A DNA stretch of 52,982 nt, from contig CAYZTO010000001.1 in NCBI GenBank assembly GCA_964481365.1, positions 23,369 to 76,350 on the forward strand, in the 5' to 3' direction. Below the pieces are notes generated by a model. That model had not been told where the DNA came from, did no database searches, and was given only the letters and a program-made list of their open reading frames with translations. Shown here piece after piece: positions 30,022-40,637 of this stretch. How positions within the stretch are numbered: the stretch's first letter is position 1; each line of letters begins with the position of its first letter. The position numbers and the translations under genes are program-made. Source of the DNA: an uncultured Parabacteroides sp. (GTDB lineage: Bacteria; Bacteroidota; Bacteroidia; Bacteroidales; Tannerellaceae).

Positions 30022-30933
30022 ATGAAACCAACATTATTCTTGCTGGCTGCCGGAATGGGCAGCCGTTACGGTGGATTGAAACAGCTGGACGGACTCGGTC
30101 CGAACAGTGAAACCATCATGGACTATTCCATTTATGATGCCATACACGCAGGCTTCGGGAAGCTGGTGTTTGTCATCCGGAAAGATTTTGAGAAGGACTT
30201 CCGCGAGAAAATAATCTCCAAATACGAAGGGCACATACCGTGCGAGCTGGTTTTCCAGTCAATAGACGATCTGCCCGAAGGATTCACCTGCCCCGAAGGG
30301 CGTGTAAAGCCTTGGGGGACGAACCACGCCGTGATGATGGGAGCCGACGTAATCAAAGAGCCGTTTGCAGTGATAAACTGCGATGACTTCTACGGAAGGG
30401 ACTCGTTCAATGTGATGGGCAAATTCCTTTCTGCCCTGCCCGACAAGTCGGAAAACACCTACGCGATGGTAGGCTTCAGGGTAGGCAACACGCTGAGCGA
30501 AAGCGGTACGGTCTCCCGAGGAATATGCGGCACAGACGAGCATAAGCACCTCACCTCTGTGGTAGAGCGGACAAAGATACAGCGCATTGACGGGGTGGTG
30601 AAATACCTCGACGACAATGACGAGTGGGTTTCCACTCCGGAGAACACGCCCGTCAGCATGAACTTCTGGGGATTCACGCCTGATTACTTCTCCTACAGCA
30701 AAGATTTCTTCAAGGAATTCCTCCGCGACCCCAAGAACATGGCGAACCTTAAGAGCGAGTTCTTCATCCCGCTTATGGTAGACCGCTTGATTAAGGACAA
30801 CACAGCCACGGTTGAAGTCCTCGACACGACAAGCAAATGGTTCGGCGTAACTTACCCGGAAGACCGGCAAAGCGTGGTGGACAAGATTCAACACCTCGTG
30901 GACGAGGGCATGTATCCGGCGCACCTTTTCTGA
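30022..30933 (+). CDS. Sugar-phosphate nucleotidyltransferase family protein
   Basis: LAAGMGSRYGGLKQ, KPWGT, INCDDFYG, WFGVTY. TACTTTTG at 29980-29987. Confidence 0.9.
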   Translation: MKPTLFLLAAGMGSRYGGLKQLDGLGPNSETIMDYSIYDAIHAGFGKLVFVIRKDFEKDFREKIISKYEGHIPCELVFQSIDDLPEGFTCPEGRVKPWGTNHAVMMGADVIKEPFAVINCDDFYGRDSFNVMGKFLSALPDKSENTYAMVGFRVGNTLSESGTVSRGICGTDEHKHLTSVVERTKIQRIDGVVKYLDDNDEWVSTPENTPVSMNFWGFTPDYFSYSKDFFKEFLRDPKNMANLKSEFFIPLMVDRLIKDNTATVEVLDTTSKWFGVTYPEDRQSVVDKIQHLVDEGMYPAHLF

Positions 30934-30955
30934 AAAGATTCCCCCACGCGGGAAT

Positions 30956-30998
30956 ATAACAAAGACCCTGTAGTGCCCCGCTACAGGGTTTCTGTTAT
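30956..30998. terminator. Hairpin between convergent genes, probably a bidirectional terminator
   Basis: ACCCTGTAG-N7-CTACAGGGT extended by ATAAC/GTTAT. Confidence 0.7.
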
Positions 30999-31003
30999 TA
31001 TAA

Positions 31004-31765
31004 CTACGATACAATCCAATTCTTGAACTCGGCTGCCTTGTTCTTGCTTACGTATATGCGCTCGGGGGTCTCTACGTCTAGCGTCACAAGCAAACGGCTG
31101 TCGAACCAAATCGTGAGGTTCTGCACGCTGTGCCTTGCAATGATGAACTGCTTGTTGGCACGTATGAATTTAGCGGGGTCGAGGTTGTTCATTATCTGGT
31201 CAAGGGTCTTTGAATAAGCAAAGGAGCGACCGTCGCGCAAGAAGATGGACGTGCTCTTATCGGTGGTGTAAAAGCATGCCACGTTGTCCATTTCTATAGG
31301 CAGAAGCTTGTCCTTATACGGGATTAGCAGCCTTGGGTTGTAGCACTGGCGGGACGATACCGACTGGCTCATTTGGCTTATCTGCTCGAGGAGCGTCTTC
31401 CAGTTCGGATAAGACCATTTGGAGAATTTCGCCAGGGCACGTTCCAGCTCACTTGCTTTGATGGGCTTGAGGAGGTAATCGATGCTGTTCACCTTGAACG
31501 CCTCTATAGCGTACTTGTCGTATGCCGTGGTGAAGATTATCGGTGCTTCCACCACCACCTGCTCGAAAAGTGAGAAGGCGAGACCGTCCGAAAGGTGGAT
31601 GTCCATGAATATCAAGTCCGGCAGAGGGTTGTTCTGAAGCCATTTGACTGTTTGGGAAACGCTTTCCGTATTCCCCACCACTTGTATGTCGGATGATATC
31701 TGTGCCAGTATCCGCGAGAGGTTCTCGTAAGCGGCACTTTCGTCTTCAACTATCAGTACTTTCAT
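31004..31765 (-). CDS. LytR/AlgR family response regulator
   Basis: MKVLIVEDE, FMDIHL, FTTAYD, DYLLKP, LytTR motif FIRANKQFII. Start moved to 31765. Confidence 0.93.
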   Translation of the reverse strand: MKVLIVEDESAAYENLSRILAQISSDIQVVGNTESVSQTVKWLQNNPLPDLIFMDIHLSDGLAFSLFEQVVVEAPIIFTTAYDKYAIEAFKVNSIDYLLKPIKASELERALAKFSKWSYPNWKTLLEQISQMSQSVSSRQCYNPRLLIPYKDKLLPIEMDNVACFYTTDKSTSIFLRDGRSFAYSKTLDQIMNNLDPAKFIRANKQFIIARHSVQNLTIWFDSRLLVTLDVETPERIYVSKNKAAEFKNWIVS

Positions 31766-31772
31766 AATTGCA

Positions 31773-32795
31773 TTATTTTTCACTGTGTCCGTCCAACGGC
31801 AGGAAAACCTCGAACCGCTTGCCGTCGTTCTCCACACGCACCGACTTGTCCACCAAAAGCTCGAAGCGGTTGGAAAGGTTCTTCAGTCCGGTGCCATTGG
31901 TGTGCGAGGGTATAAGCTTGGGGTATATCGGGTTGCTCACTACCAGTTCTTTCTTATCGTTCATTGCGATGGATACGGTCATTATGTGCTCGCTGTCGAT
32001 GGTATTGTGGACTACCACGTTGTCGATGAGCGGCAACAACGACAATACCGGGAGGCGGCGGTTACGGTCTTCCTGCTCCACGTCGATGATGAATCGGAGT
32101 TTGTTGGCGAAGCGTACCTCCATCATGTATTTGAACGATTCGGCAAACTCCAGTTCCTCGCCCAAGGTAACCAACCCGTTCTTGTCTCTCTGCAGAATGT
32201 AACGGAAAACGTCTGACAGCTTGTCGATGAAGTCGAGCGTCACCTTCTCGTCTCCACGGCGCACAAGGGCGGCAAGGCTGTTCAGGGAATTGAAGAAGAA
32301 GTGAGGGTTTATCTGGTTGGCAAGCGCATCGCAGCGGCTCTGCAAGCTTTCCGAACGCAGACGGCCTATCTCAAGTTCTTTCTGGTATCCTTCCCGATAG
32401 AGCTTGGCAACGTGTCCTATCAACGTGCATGTCACGCACAGAGCAAAGAAGGAAAAGACAATCGTACCTAGACCGTGGGTATTTCCCTGATAGCTGTATA
32501 ATGCAAATGCATAGACCACATAAGCCAAAACGCAAGCACCGAAGTTTAGTAAAAAACGGTGTTGCGACGTACTCCTCAACCCCCGCCCTATGTTGTAATG
32601 GACTAACCCGTATATCAGAAAGACAAAGAAGAGGTAACGCAAGAACAAGATGACGAAGTATTCAAGGTGTTGTGATTCCTCCAGACGCGACAACTGCCAC
32701 GGCAAGCACAACAAGTCGGTATAAATAATGAAAACACCACCAAGGCAGTACCAGAAGAATGACTTTAGCGATTGCGTTTCTTTTATGCTATCCAT
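31773..32795 (-). CDS. LytS/YehU-like sensor histidine kinase
   Basis: TM N-terminus, QINPHFFFNSLN, EELEF, GTGLKNL. Start moved to MDSIK (32795), with TACTTTTG at 32828-32821. Confidence 0.9.
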   Translation of the reverse strand: MDSIKETQSLKSFFWYCLGGVFIIYTDLLCLPWQLSRLEESQHLEYFVILFLRYLFFVFLIYGLVHYNIGRGLRSTSQHRFLLNFGACVLAYVVYAFALYSYQGNTHGLGTIVFSFFALCVTCTLIGHVAKLYREGYQKELEIGRLRSESLQSRCDALANQINPHFFFNSLNSLAALVRRGDEKVTLDFIDKLSDVFRYILQRDKNGLVTLGEELEFAESFKYMMEVRFANKLRFIIDVEQEDRNRRLPVLSLLPLIDNVVVHNTIDSEHIMTVSIAMNDKKELVVSNPIYPKLIPSHTNGTGLKNLSNRFELLVDKSVRVENDGKRFEVFLPLDGHSEK

Positions 32796-32881
32796 ATATT
32801 CCTGCTTATTAAAAGTATTGCAAAAGTAATGCTTCGGCAGAACGGGGATTGTGCTTGGAAACCAAAGCGAAAAAGCATCCC

Positions 32882-33853
32882 TTAATCGCGAATCTTTTGT
32901 TGCGCATCCCACGCCATCACCATCCCTACTACCTCGGAATAGTTTGCAGTCCCGCCGGATACTCGGTTTCCTTTCAGATATAGGTTGTACACCCAGTCTT
33001 GTATGCTTCCCCACCAATTGCTATACCGGTCTCTCCAATACGCATTCTTTTCATTATATAATTCTTTCACTTCAGGGCGGATGCCCGCTACCCACGCCTC
33101 GAACTTCTCCCGGGGTAAAGTGCGTCGGGCATTCCCTATTAAGTAAGGGAGAAGCGAGAACCATCCCGCGAAACGTATCTCCAGAACGGAAGAGGAAGAG
33201 CACACAAACCATGCATAGAAATTAGCCTCTCCTTCGCCTGCTATCCCAAGGAGATGTGCCATTTCATGTGCGTACGTCGAAGGATACTGTACGGGAAGGA
33301 GGTCTGCATTCAGCGTAGCCTCATTGAAGAACGGACCGATGTAGCCCAGCACTCCGGCAGAACTCATCACAGACGAAACCAACATAGGCTTGGCTTTATG
33401 GAAATCTTGGGGTAACTTCATGCCGAAGTTCAAAGCTATCCCACGGTATTGTTCCTTTATCTCTTCCGCGAAACGCAACGTATCTACCTTTATGTCGGGT
33501 ATATATGAGGCATTCAACTGCTCCGTGTATTCTGCAAGGAAAGCTTCAAACGCAACAGAATCATAGGAGAGCGGCTCAATGCCCGCACGTTTATAGAACG
33601 GTTCCCGGAAATAATTCAGCCCCCATGCCAGATAAAACCATAAGCAAACCCCGAGAAAATACAAGCCAATCTTCCCGAGAGTTTTCCACGGGGACTTTCT
33701 GATATGGAGAACCGCATACACCAACATCCCCGCTATACTGATGCAAATAAAGCAATCGCTTATGGAAAAGGGGAAAAAAGATGAAACCCACGACAAGGCA
33801 TTCGAAACAATAGGGTAAAGCGTTTGCGCGTACCATTCAGCCCAACTATTCAT
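32882..33853 (-). CDS. DUF3810-like membrane protein with HExxH motif
   Basis: WGLNYFR, GYIGPFFNE, AHEMAH..EGEANF, YSEVV. Confidence 0.8.
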   Translation of the reverse strand: MNSWAEWYAQTLYPIVSNALSWVSSFFPFSISDCFICISIAGMLVYAVLHIRKSPWKTLGKIGLYFLGVCLWFYLAWGLNYFREPFYKRAGIEPLSYDSVAFEAFLAEYTEQLNASYIPDIKVDTLRFAEEIKEQYRGIALNFGMKLPQDFHKAKPMLVSSVMSSAGVLGYIGPFFNEATLNADLLPVQYPSTYAHEMAHLLGIAGEGEANFYAWFVCSSSSVLEIRFAGWFSLLPYLIGNARRTLPREKFEAWVAGIRPEVKELYNEKNAYWRDRYSNWWGSIQDWVYNLYLKGNRVSGGTANYSEVVGMVMAWDAQQKIRD

Positions 33854-33862
33854 GGCAAGAAA

Positions 33863-34564
33863 CTATAAGCCTGAAAGTACCTTGTTCTTGGCTATCGTTG
33901 TATGGAACTCTTTCAAGTAGAAAGGTTCGAAATATGCCACATCTGCAAATCTCTCCTCTGCGAATGCCTTCTCTGCCAATGGTATCATGTCGGAAGCCAA
34001 CGGATATACGTCATCGATAAACACCGCATTGGGTGAAGTAATCACTGCTTTGCATTTCTTTGCGCCGTCACCGAAGAATGTAACCCTCCCTTTCTCAAGG
34101 TATTCCGAGTACGCCCCGGCATCAACAATATCTGCCGAAACAGGCCTGACCACACTGCCTTTGTTATCATATATTGCCGCATATACTTCCATACGCCGCG
34201 CGTCAATCATAGGACAGTAGAAACCTTCTGCCTCATCGCCAGCCTTACACAAGATACTTCCCGCCATTATGTCCAACGTGTGTATTCCTATCAACGGTAT
34301 GCCGAAACCGAAACACAGTCCTTTCGCCACAGACATACCTATGCGCAAACCGGTATAAGACCCCGGACCGCTGCTCACAGCCACGGCACTGAGCTTCAGC
34401 TCCTGCCGTTTCATCTCCGACAAACATTCTTCCACGAAAACCCCTGCCAACGATGCATGTGAATGCCCCTCGAACGATTCTTTGTTGCAAACCACCTGTC
34501 CGTCGGCGGATAAAGCGACAGAACAGACTGACGCAGATGTTTCAATTGCCAATATACAAGCCAT
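33863..34564 (-). CDS. tsaB: tRNA t6A biosynthesis protein TsaB
   Basis: ILAIETS..CSVAL, GPGSYTGLRIG, IDARRMEVY, EPFYLK. Confidence 0.95.
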   Translation of the reverse strand: MACILAIETSASVCSVALSADGQVVCNKESFEGHSHASLAGVFVEECLSEMKRQELKLSAVAVSSGPGSYTGLRIGMSVAKGLCFGFGIPLIGIHTLDIMAGSILCKAGDEAEGFYCPMIDARRMEVYAAIYDNKGSVVRPVSADIVDAGAYSEYLEKGRVTFFGDGAKKCKAVITSPNAVFIDDVYPLASDMIPLAEKAFAEERFADVAYFEPFYLKEFHTTIAKNKVLSGL

Positions 34565-34905
34565 TTCTCATATTTTTCGAGCTGCAAAATTAATCATATC
34601 CGCACATTTATCATCCTTTCTGCATAAAAATAGCGTCCCCGATTTTCTGTTTCTTGTAATGCACGCTTCAGTTACTTTATTAAGTCAAGTCATTATATTG
34701 ACAATGCCAAGTCACTAACTCAACCAACCTTCATCGTGCATGATGATTGCAAAGACATTGTGTTATTCTATATATCGTAACCTCTGTAAAACTCAGTCTC
34801 GTAATATGCATGTAGTTCAGGTGAGATTTTGTGTCTGTATTGCATGAAACGAGAAAGAATGGTACAGCCTTGGCATGGATGAGGAGGCTTCCCAAGCACA
34901 CCGCC

Positions 34906-34969
34906 GACACTTGTGCTAAGTATCCCCGACACTTGTGCTAAGTATCTCTGACACTTGTGCTAAGTGTCA
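34906..34969. repeat. Three tandem 22-bp palindromic units GACACTTGTGCTAAGTRTC
   Basis: Units start at 34906, 34928 and 34950. The third is the perfect dyad TGACACTT-GTGCT-AAGTGTCA. Confidence 0.9.
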
Positions 34970-35293
34970 ATGCCCTCATACTGAAGATATAAGGATATGT
35001 CTAACTTAAACTTATTTTGTTATGCCGATGCTTACAACCTTTACCGCATCCCGGGGATTATTGTGTCAAATTGTATTAAATAATAAGGAGAAAAGCAGAG
35101 GTCTCATATCTTGTGTATGAAAGCAATTTCTTCCCGTTAATGTCTTCATTTAAAAGTATAGATATTGCAAAATGTTTGGACGAACCCGGCAGGTTCCATG
35201 AGAGAAAAATTGAGGATTTAATTGTCCGGAAAGATTATTTTTCGCTTCTTTGTGCGAAATAATTCATTTTCACAAAATAACACAGAAGATACG

Positions 35294-36046
35294 ATGAAAT
35301 TCATTTCTTGGAACGTGAACGGGCTCCGCGCCTGCTGCAACAAAGGATTCAACACAGCATTTTCCACGCTTGATGCTGATTTTTTCTGCATACAAGAAAC
35401 AAAACTACAGGCAGGACAATTGGATTTGTCTTTCGATGGATATAGTTCTTATTGGAACTATGCCGAGAAGAAAGGGTATTCCGGAACAGCGATATTCAGC
35501 CGCCATGAACCGCTGTCGGTATCATACGGGATGGGCATTGACGGCCACGACCGGGAAGGAAGGGTCATTACACTCGAGATGCCGGCATTCTACCTTGTTA
35601 CGGTTTACACACCGAACTCGCAAGATGAACTGAAACGCCTGGATTACAGGATGACATGGGATGATGACTTCCGGAACTACCTGCTTGCTCTCGACAGCCG
35701 CAAACCTGTCATCGTATGTGGCGACTTAAACGTGGCGCACAAAGAAATAGACTTAAAAAACCCCGGCACCAACAGGCGCAATGCCGGCTTCACCGACGAA
35801 GAACGAGGGAAATTCCAGGCACTTCTCGATGCCGGCTTTACAGACACCTTCCGTTACTTCTACCCTGAACAAAAAGACATTTATTCATGGTGGTCTTACA
35901 GGTTTAAGGCAAGGGAGAAGAATGCAGGGTGGCGCATAGATTACTTCTTGGTGTCTAATAGGTTACAAGATAAATTAGCAGGGGCAAAAATACATACGGA
36001 AATTTATGGTTCAGACCATTGTCCGGTTGAAGTCACCCTGCTCTGA
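35294..36046 (+). CDS. xth: Exodeoxyribonuclease III / AP endonuclease
   Basis: [32 protein letters not shown]. Start moved to 35294. Confidence 0.95.
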   Translation: MKFISWNVNGLRACCNKGFNTAFSTLDADFFCIQETKLQAGQLDLSFDGYSSYWNYAEKKGYSGTAIFSRHEPLSVSYGMGIDGHDREGRVITLEMPAFYLVTVYTPNSQDELKRLDYRMTWDDDFRNYLLALDSRKPVIVCGDLNVAHKEIDLKNPGTNRRNAGFTDEERGKFQALLDAGFTDTFRYFYPEQKDIYSWWSYRFKAREKNAGWRIDYFLVSNRLQDKLAGAKIHTEIYGSDHCPVEVTLL

Positions 36047-36741
36047 CTGACACCATAACCAAACAATGCGAAATCGCCCATGCAGGGGTCGTTCGGGAAA
36101 ACTTCCGACAATGCCCGGGTTATTCTACGGGCATTCTTTAAAGAAAACGTCAGGGAATCTGTCAGACCAAGTGTGCAAGCCATGCGACAGACGTGTGTAT
36201 CTAAGGGAATAATCAAATCGGAAGGAGAGAATGATTGCCAAATGCCGAAATCAACATCCGAATTACGTCGTATCATCCACCGGAGGAACATGTTGAGTTT
36301 CTTTTGAGGACTCTTGGATGAAACGGAAAGAAACGTACAAATGCGCTCCATCGGCGAACCGGCAAAAACAGCAAGGGCATCTTCAAGGCTATCGTATTGC
36401 AAGTAGGCATCATAGAGCTTTTGCATATAACCATGAAAATCAGCGAAAGAAAGCATACGGTAGAAACTATCTTTATTGCCGACAGGAAAATCAGAATCCC
36501 ACTTCCTTGAAAGCAAGTATTGATAAGGTGACGATTCCATAATTCTGTCAAGCTCCTCCGCTTTACGGATTATCATTTTCCGATTGCCAAAGCTGATAAG
36601 GGCCGTAAGCAATCCGCTAATTTCTATGTCTTGCTTACTTTGATAGCGATGTGGGAATTGCACGGGGTCATTTCGTATAAAAGCCTTATTATGATACTTT
36701 GCAGCCCATTCTTTCAGCAAAGTTTTCAATCCTTCATCCAT
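36004..36741 (-). CDS. TIGR02757/DUF2400-like protein (HhH-GPD related)
   Basis: [47 protein letters not shown]. Confidence 0.85.
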   Translation of the reverse strand: MDEGLKTLLKEWAAKYHNKAFIRNDPVQFPHRYQSKQDIEISGLLTALISFGNRKMIIRKAEELDRIMESSPYQYLLSRKWDSDFPVGNKDSFYRMLSFADFHGYMQKLYDAYLQYDSLEDALAVFAGSPMERICTFLSVSSKSPQKKLNMFLRWMIRRNSDVDFGIWQSFSPSDLIIPLDTHVCRMACTLGLTDSLTFSLKNARRITRALSEVFPNDPCMGDFALFGYGVSQSRVTSTGQWSEP

Positions 36742-36743
36742 GA

Positions 36744-37157
36744 CTATATTTCAGTAAAATCTGCACGGGCAAAAGTTATTTTCTTGTTCATTAAAAAATT
36801 GACAGCCCCATAAATGAAAAGACCGATGAATTGGGAGATATACTCGTTCCACCCTGCTACCTCGACCATTGTCAGCAACGCGAGGAACTGCGCACTATAA
36901 GCACAAGCGAATGCAAGTAAAAACAGAATCGCCTGCCTCCCGTAAAAACCATTCCCTGCAGAAAATACCCAATATTTACTCCAAAAGAAATTGTTAATCA
37001 AAGCTATTATATATCCGGCAACATTAGCCCACAAATAATTACATCCTATCTCATCTCCTAACCAGATAACCAATGCAATAATAGCAGCATTTAATGTTCC
37101 AACAAGGATAAAACGGATAATTTGTTTCGTATTCTTCTTATTTGTCGTTTCTTTCAC
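36744..37157 (-). CDS. GtrA family membrane protein
   Basis: IRFILVG..N, NNFFWSKYWVF, NFLMNKKITF. The track ATG at 37205 lies inside the rplT terminator, so GTG at 37157 is preferred. Confidence 0.8.
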   Translation of the reverse strand: MKETTNKKNTKQIIRFILVGTLNAAIIALVIWLGDEIGCNYLWANVAGYIIALINNFFWSKYWVFSAGNGFYGRQAILFLLAFACAYSAQFLALLTMVEVAGWNEYISQFIGLFIYGAVNFLMNKKITFARADFTEI

Positions 37158-37183
37158 AACGGCAAAGATAATAATATAGACGT

Positions 37184-37215
37184 AAAAAAGGCTGTACAAA
37201 TGCACAGCCTTTTTT
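37184..37215 (-). terminator. Intrinsic terminator of thrS-infC-rpmI-rplT
   Basis: AAAAAAGGCTGT-acaaatgc-ACAGCCTTTTTT. Confidence 0.88.
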
Positions 37216-37238
37216 ATTTTTCTTTATATGGTCACTTC

Positions 37239-37583
37239 CTATTTCACTTTTTCCACAATAGCCTTAAATGCTTCGGGATGATTAACCGCTAAGTCTGCTA
37301 ATACCTTACGATTTATTTCAATACCCGCTGCATGCAATTTCCCCATCAAACGGGAATAAGTAAAACCCTCTAAACGTGCAGCAGCATTAATACGCTGAAT
37401 CCATAAAGCACGGAAGTTACGTTTCTTGTTACGACGGTCACGGAAAGCATAAGTCAAACCTTTTTCCCACGTGTTTTTGGCTACTGTCCAAACATTTTTA
37501 CGAGCACCATAATAACCACGGGTAAGCTTTAAAATCCGTTTCCTTTTTGCTCTTGAAGCAACATGATTTACTGATCTAGGCAT
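37239..37583 (-). CDS. rplT: 50S ribosomal protein L20
   Basis: [34 protein letters not shown]. Confidence 0.98.
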   Translation of the reverse strand: MPRSVNHVASRAKRKRILKLTRGYYGARKNVWTVAKNTWEKGLTYAFRDRRNKKRNFRALWIQRINAAARLEGFTYSRLMGKLHAAGIEINRKVLADLAVNHPEAFKAIVEKVK

Positions 37584-37682
37584 AATTTCTAAATGTTTTG
37601 AATGTTAGCGCCACCTTTAATAATGAACTTATTAGCTAAAAATTCTGTTAATAAAAATCGTTTAAAACTCACTGATAGAAAA

Positions 37683-37880
37683 TCACTTCATACAAAGAAG
37701 TCTCTTTACATTTTTCGCATCGATAGCTGACACCAAACCGGTATGTGTCAAATTTCTCTTTTGCTTCTTGGTCTTCTTTGTTAGAATGTGATTCTTAAAA
37801 GCGTGCTTTCTTTTGATTTTACCTGTTCCGGTAAGAGCGAATCTTTTTTTGGCACCGGAATTAGTCTTCATCTTAGGCAT
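37683..37880 (-). CDS. rpmI: 50S ribosomal protein L35
   Basis: [20 protein letters not shown]. Confidence 0.98.
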   Translation of the reverse strand: MPKMKTNSGAKKRFALTGTGKIKRKHAFKNHILTKKTKKQKRNLTHTGLVSAIDAKNVKRLLCMK

Positions 37881-37939
37881 TTTAGAATATATTTTTATGA
37901 ATTAAACATAGAGGCTTAGGGTTTCCATCCTAAACCGAT

Positions 37940-38533
37940 TTACTTATTTTCTTTTGTACCTTCTTGTTGTTTGGCTGCAGATGCCAGCTTTTTCGCTTTT
38001 GAAACTCCACCACCTTTTTTCGGTGATATCATCATAATCATCCGTTTCCCCTCCAAAACCGGCATTTGTTCCACTTTCCCATAATCTTCTAAATCGTTAG
38101 CAAAACGGAACAACAAAACTTCACCTTGCTCCTTAAATAGGATTGAACGCCCCTTAAAGAACACATAAGCTTTTACCTTAGCGCCTTCTTCCAGGAATCC
38201 TTTTGCATGCTTAAGTTTGAAATCATAATCATGGTCATCAGTTTGTGGACCGAAACGGATTTCTTTAACCACCACCTTTACCGATTTCGCTTTCTGCTCC
38301 TTTAACCGCTTTTTGAGCTGGTAAAGAAACTTCTGGTAATCAATCACCTTACAAACCGGAGGCGCAGCACTTGGCGATATTTCAACTAAATCTAAATCCT
38401 GTTCTTCCGCTATTTCCAATGCCTGAGAAATAGGATATATTCCTTGTTCCACATTATCACCCACTAATCGAACTTCACGAACATGTATCTGTTCATTAAT
38501 TCTATACTGATCTTTCGGATTGTCATTTTTCAT
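37940..38533 (-). CDS. infC: Translation initiation factor IF-3
   Basis: RINEQI..VRLV, DLVEISP..PPVCK, KEIRFGP, FKGRS. Confidence 0.97.
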   Translation of the reverse strand: MKNDNPKDQYRINEQIHVREVRLVGDNVEQGIYPISQALEIAEEQDLDLVEISPSAAPPVCKVIDYQKFLYQLKKRLKEQKAKSVKVVVKEIRFGPQTDDHDYDFKLKHAKGFLEEGAKVKAYVFFKGRSILFKEQGEVLLFRFANDLEDYGKVEQMPVLEGKRMIMMISPKKGGGVSKAKKLASAAKQQEGTKENK

Positions 38534-38573
38534 TAAAATGATTTTCTGTCCTCTTTTATATTAGTATTTATTT

Positions 38574-40514
38574 TTACCAACGATTCATCATTGCATCAAC
38601 CTCGCTTTTCAAAAGCGCAGCAAAGGTAGAAATTTTCATTGAACCTTTATCTCCTTCTCCCTGCTTTCTTATGGAAACTTCATTATTTTCTGCTTCTTTT
38701 TCACCCACGATAAGCATATATGGGATTTTCTTCAGTTCATTGTCACGGATTTTGCGCCCAACCTTTTCATTCCTGTCATCTACAAGCACTCGGATATCTT
38801 GCTGTTTTAGTTCTTTAGCTACATTCCAGGCATAATCATTAAAGCGTTCACTAATTGGCAAAATTACCACCTGATCCGGAGTAATCCATAATGGGAATTT
38901 GCCTGCTGTATGTTCTATTAGCACAGCGACAAAACGTTCCATTGAACCAAACGGCGCTCTATGTATCATCACTGGTCTATGCTTCTGATTATCCTCACCT
39001 GTATATTCCAATTCAAAACGTTCCGGTAAATTATAATCCACTTGAATAGTCCCCAATTGCCAACGACGACCAATGGCATCTTTCACCATAAAGTCCAATT
39101 TTGGTCCGTAAAAAGCAGCTTCCCCATATTCTATTTTTGCTTTTAAGCCCTTCTCTTCACAAGCTTCAATAATCGAACGTTCTGCTTTTTCCCAATTTTC
39201 ATCACTACCTATATATTTATCTCGATTCTCTTTATCCCGCAATGAAATCTGGGCTTCTACGTTTTCAAAATTCATGGACTTAAACACAATGGAAATAATG
39301 TCCATTACATTTAAGAATTCATTTTTGACTTGATCAGGACGACAGAAAATGTGGGCATCATCTTGCGTAAAACTGCGAACACGTGTCAGACCATGCAATT
39401 CCCCACTCTGTTCATAACGGCAAACTGTACCAAACTCGGCAATTCGCAAAGGTAAATCCTTGTACGAACGTGGCGAATTTTTATAAATCATGCAGTGGTG
39501 AGGGCAGTTCATGGGTTTCAAAAAGTACTCTTCGCCTTCTTCAGGTGTATGAATCGGTTGGAATGAGTCTTTTCCATATTTAGCATAGTGCCCGGAAGTA
39601 ATATACAATAGTTTATTTCCAATCGGCGGACACATCACTTCCTGATAGTCGTAACGCGCTTGTATGCGGCGTAGAAATTCCTGCAAACGCAGACGTAATG
39701 CGGTCCCTTTTGGCAACCACATCGGTAAACCCTTGCCCACGGTGTCCGAGAACATGAACAAATCTAATTCCTTGCCTATCTTGCGATGGTCTCGCTTTTT
39801 GGCTTCCTCCAACATAACCAGATATTCGTCCAACATCTTCTTTTTGGGGAAAGATATACCATACAAGCGGACTAATTGCTTCCGCTTTTCATCACCTCTC
39901 CAATAAGCACCGGCAACGCTCAAAATCTTTGCCGCTTTTATATAAGATGTATTAGGGATATGAGGTCCACGGCATAAATCAGTAAACGCACCCTGAGTGT
40001 AGATCGTTATCTTGCCATCCTCCAATTCACTGATAAGCTCAACTTTATACTCTTCGCCTCGTTCTTCAAACATTTTCAATGCATCTGCTTTGGAAATGCT
40101 CTGGCGGACTATCGCTTCCTTTTTGGAAATCAACTCCTGCATTTTTGCCTCAATGACAGGAAAATCCCCGTCTTTAATCACTGCTTCACCGGGATCCACG
40201 TCATAGTAAAAACCATTCTCAATGGCAGGCCCTATACCGAATTTTATTCCGGGATACAACTCCTGCAAAGCTTCAGCCATCAAGTGAGCACTTGAATGCC
40301 AAAACGTATGTTTACCCTCATCGTCTTCCCACTTCAACAATTTTACACTGGCATCTTTATTAATAGGACGAGTCAAATCCCAGACTTCACCATTCACATT
40401 TGCAGCCAAGACTTCCTGCGCCAAACGAGAACTGATGCTTTCCGCAATCTGCATAGCAGTTGTTCCTTCAGCATATTCCCTTACGGAGTTATCTGGAAAT
40501 GTTATTTTAATCAT
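38574..40514 (-). CDS. thrS: Threonine--tRNA ligase
   Basis: [55 protein letters not shown] at 40553-40546. Confidence 0.98.
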   Translation of the reverse strand: MIKITFPDNSVREYAEGTTAMQIAESISSRLAQEVLAANVNGEVWDLTRPINKDASVKLLKWEDDEGKHTFWHSSAHLMAEALQELYPGIKFGIGPAIENGFYYDVDPGEAVIKDGDFPVIEAKMQELISKKEAIVRQSISKADALKMFEERGEEYKVELISELEDGKITIYTQGAFTDLCRGPHIPNTSYIKAAKILSVAGAYWRGDEKRKQLVRLYGISFPKKKMLDEYLVMLEEAKKRDHRKIGKELDLFMFSDTVGKGLPMWLPKGTALRLRLQEFLRRIQARYDYQEVMCPPIGNKLLYITSGHYAKYGKDSFQPIHTPEEGEEYFLKPMNCPHHCMIYKNSPRSYKDLPLRIAEFGTVCRYEQSGELHGLTRVRSFTQDDAHIFCRPDQVKNEFLNVMDIISIVFKSMNFENVEAQISLRDKENRDKYIGSDENWEKAERSIIEACEEKGLKAKIEYGEAAFYGPKLDFMVKDAIGRRWQLGTIQVDYNLPERFELEYTGEDNQKHRPVMIHRAPFGSMERFVAVLIEHTAGKFPLWITPDQVVILPISERFNDYAWNVAKELKQQDIRVLVDDRNEKVGRKIRDNELKKIPYMLIVGEKEAENNEVSIRKQGEGDKGSMKISTFAALLKSEVDAMMNRW

Positions 40515-40637
40515 ATTCTGTTCTCTAAAAATCTAAATCAGTGTGCAAAGGTAACATTTCCTTTGCAGTAGGAAAACCTTTAACGATTTTTTTAACGCAT
40601 CTTGCTATGTTGAATTTGAAGAGGTTGCCGAAAGCCT

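Noticed and set aside
34906-34969. Mini-CRISPR
   Set aside because: The units are directly tandem with only a few variable nucleotides and no spacers.
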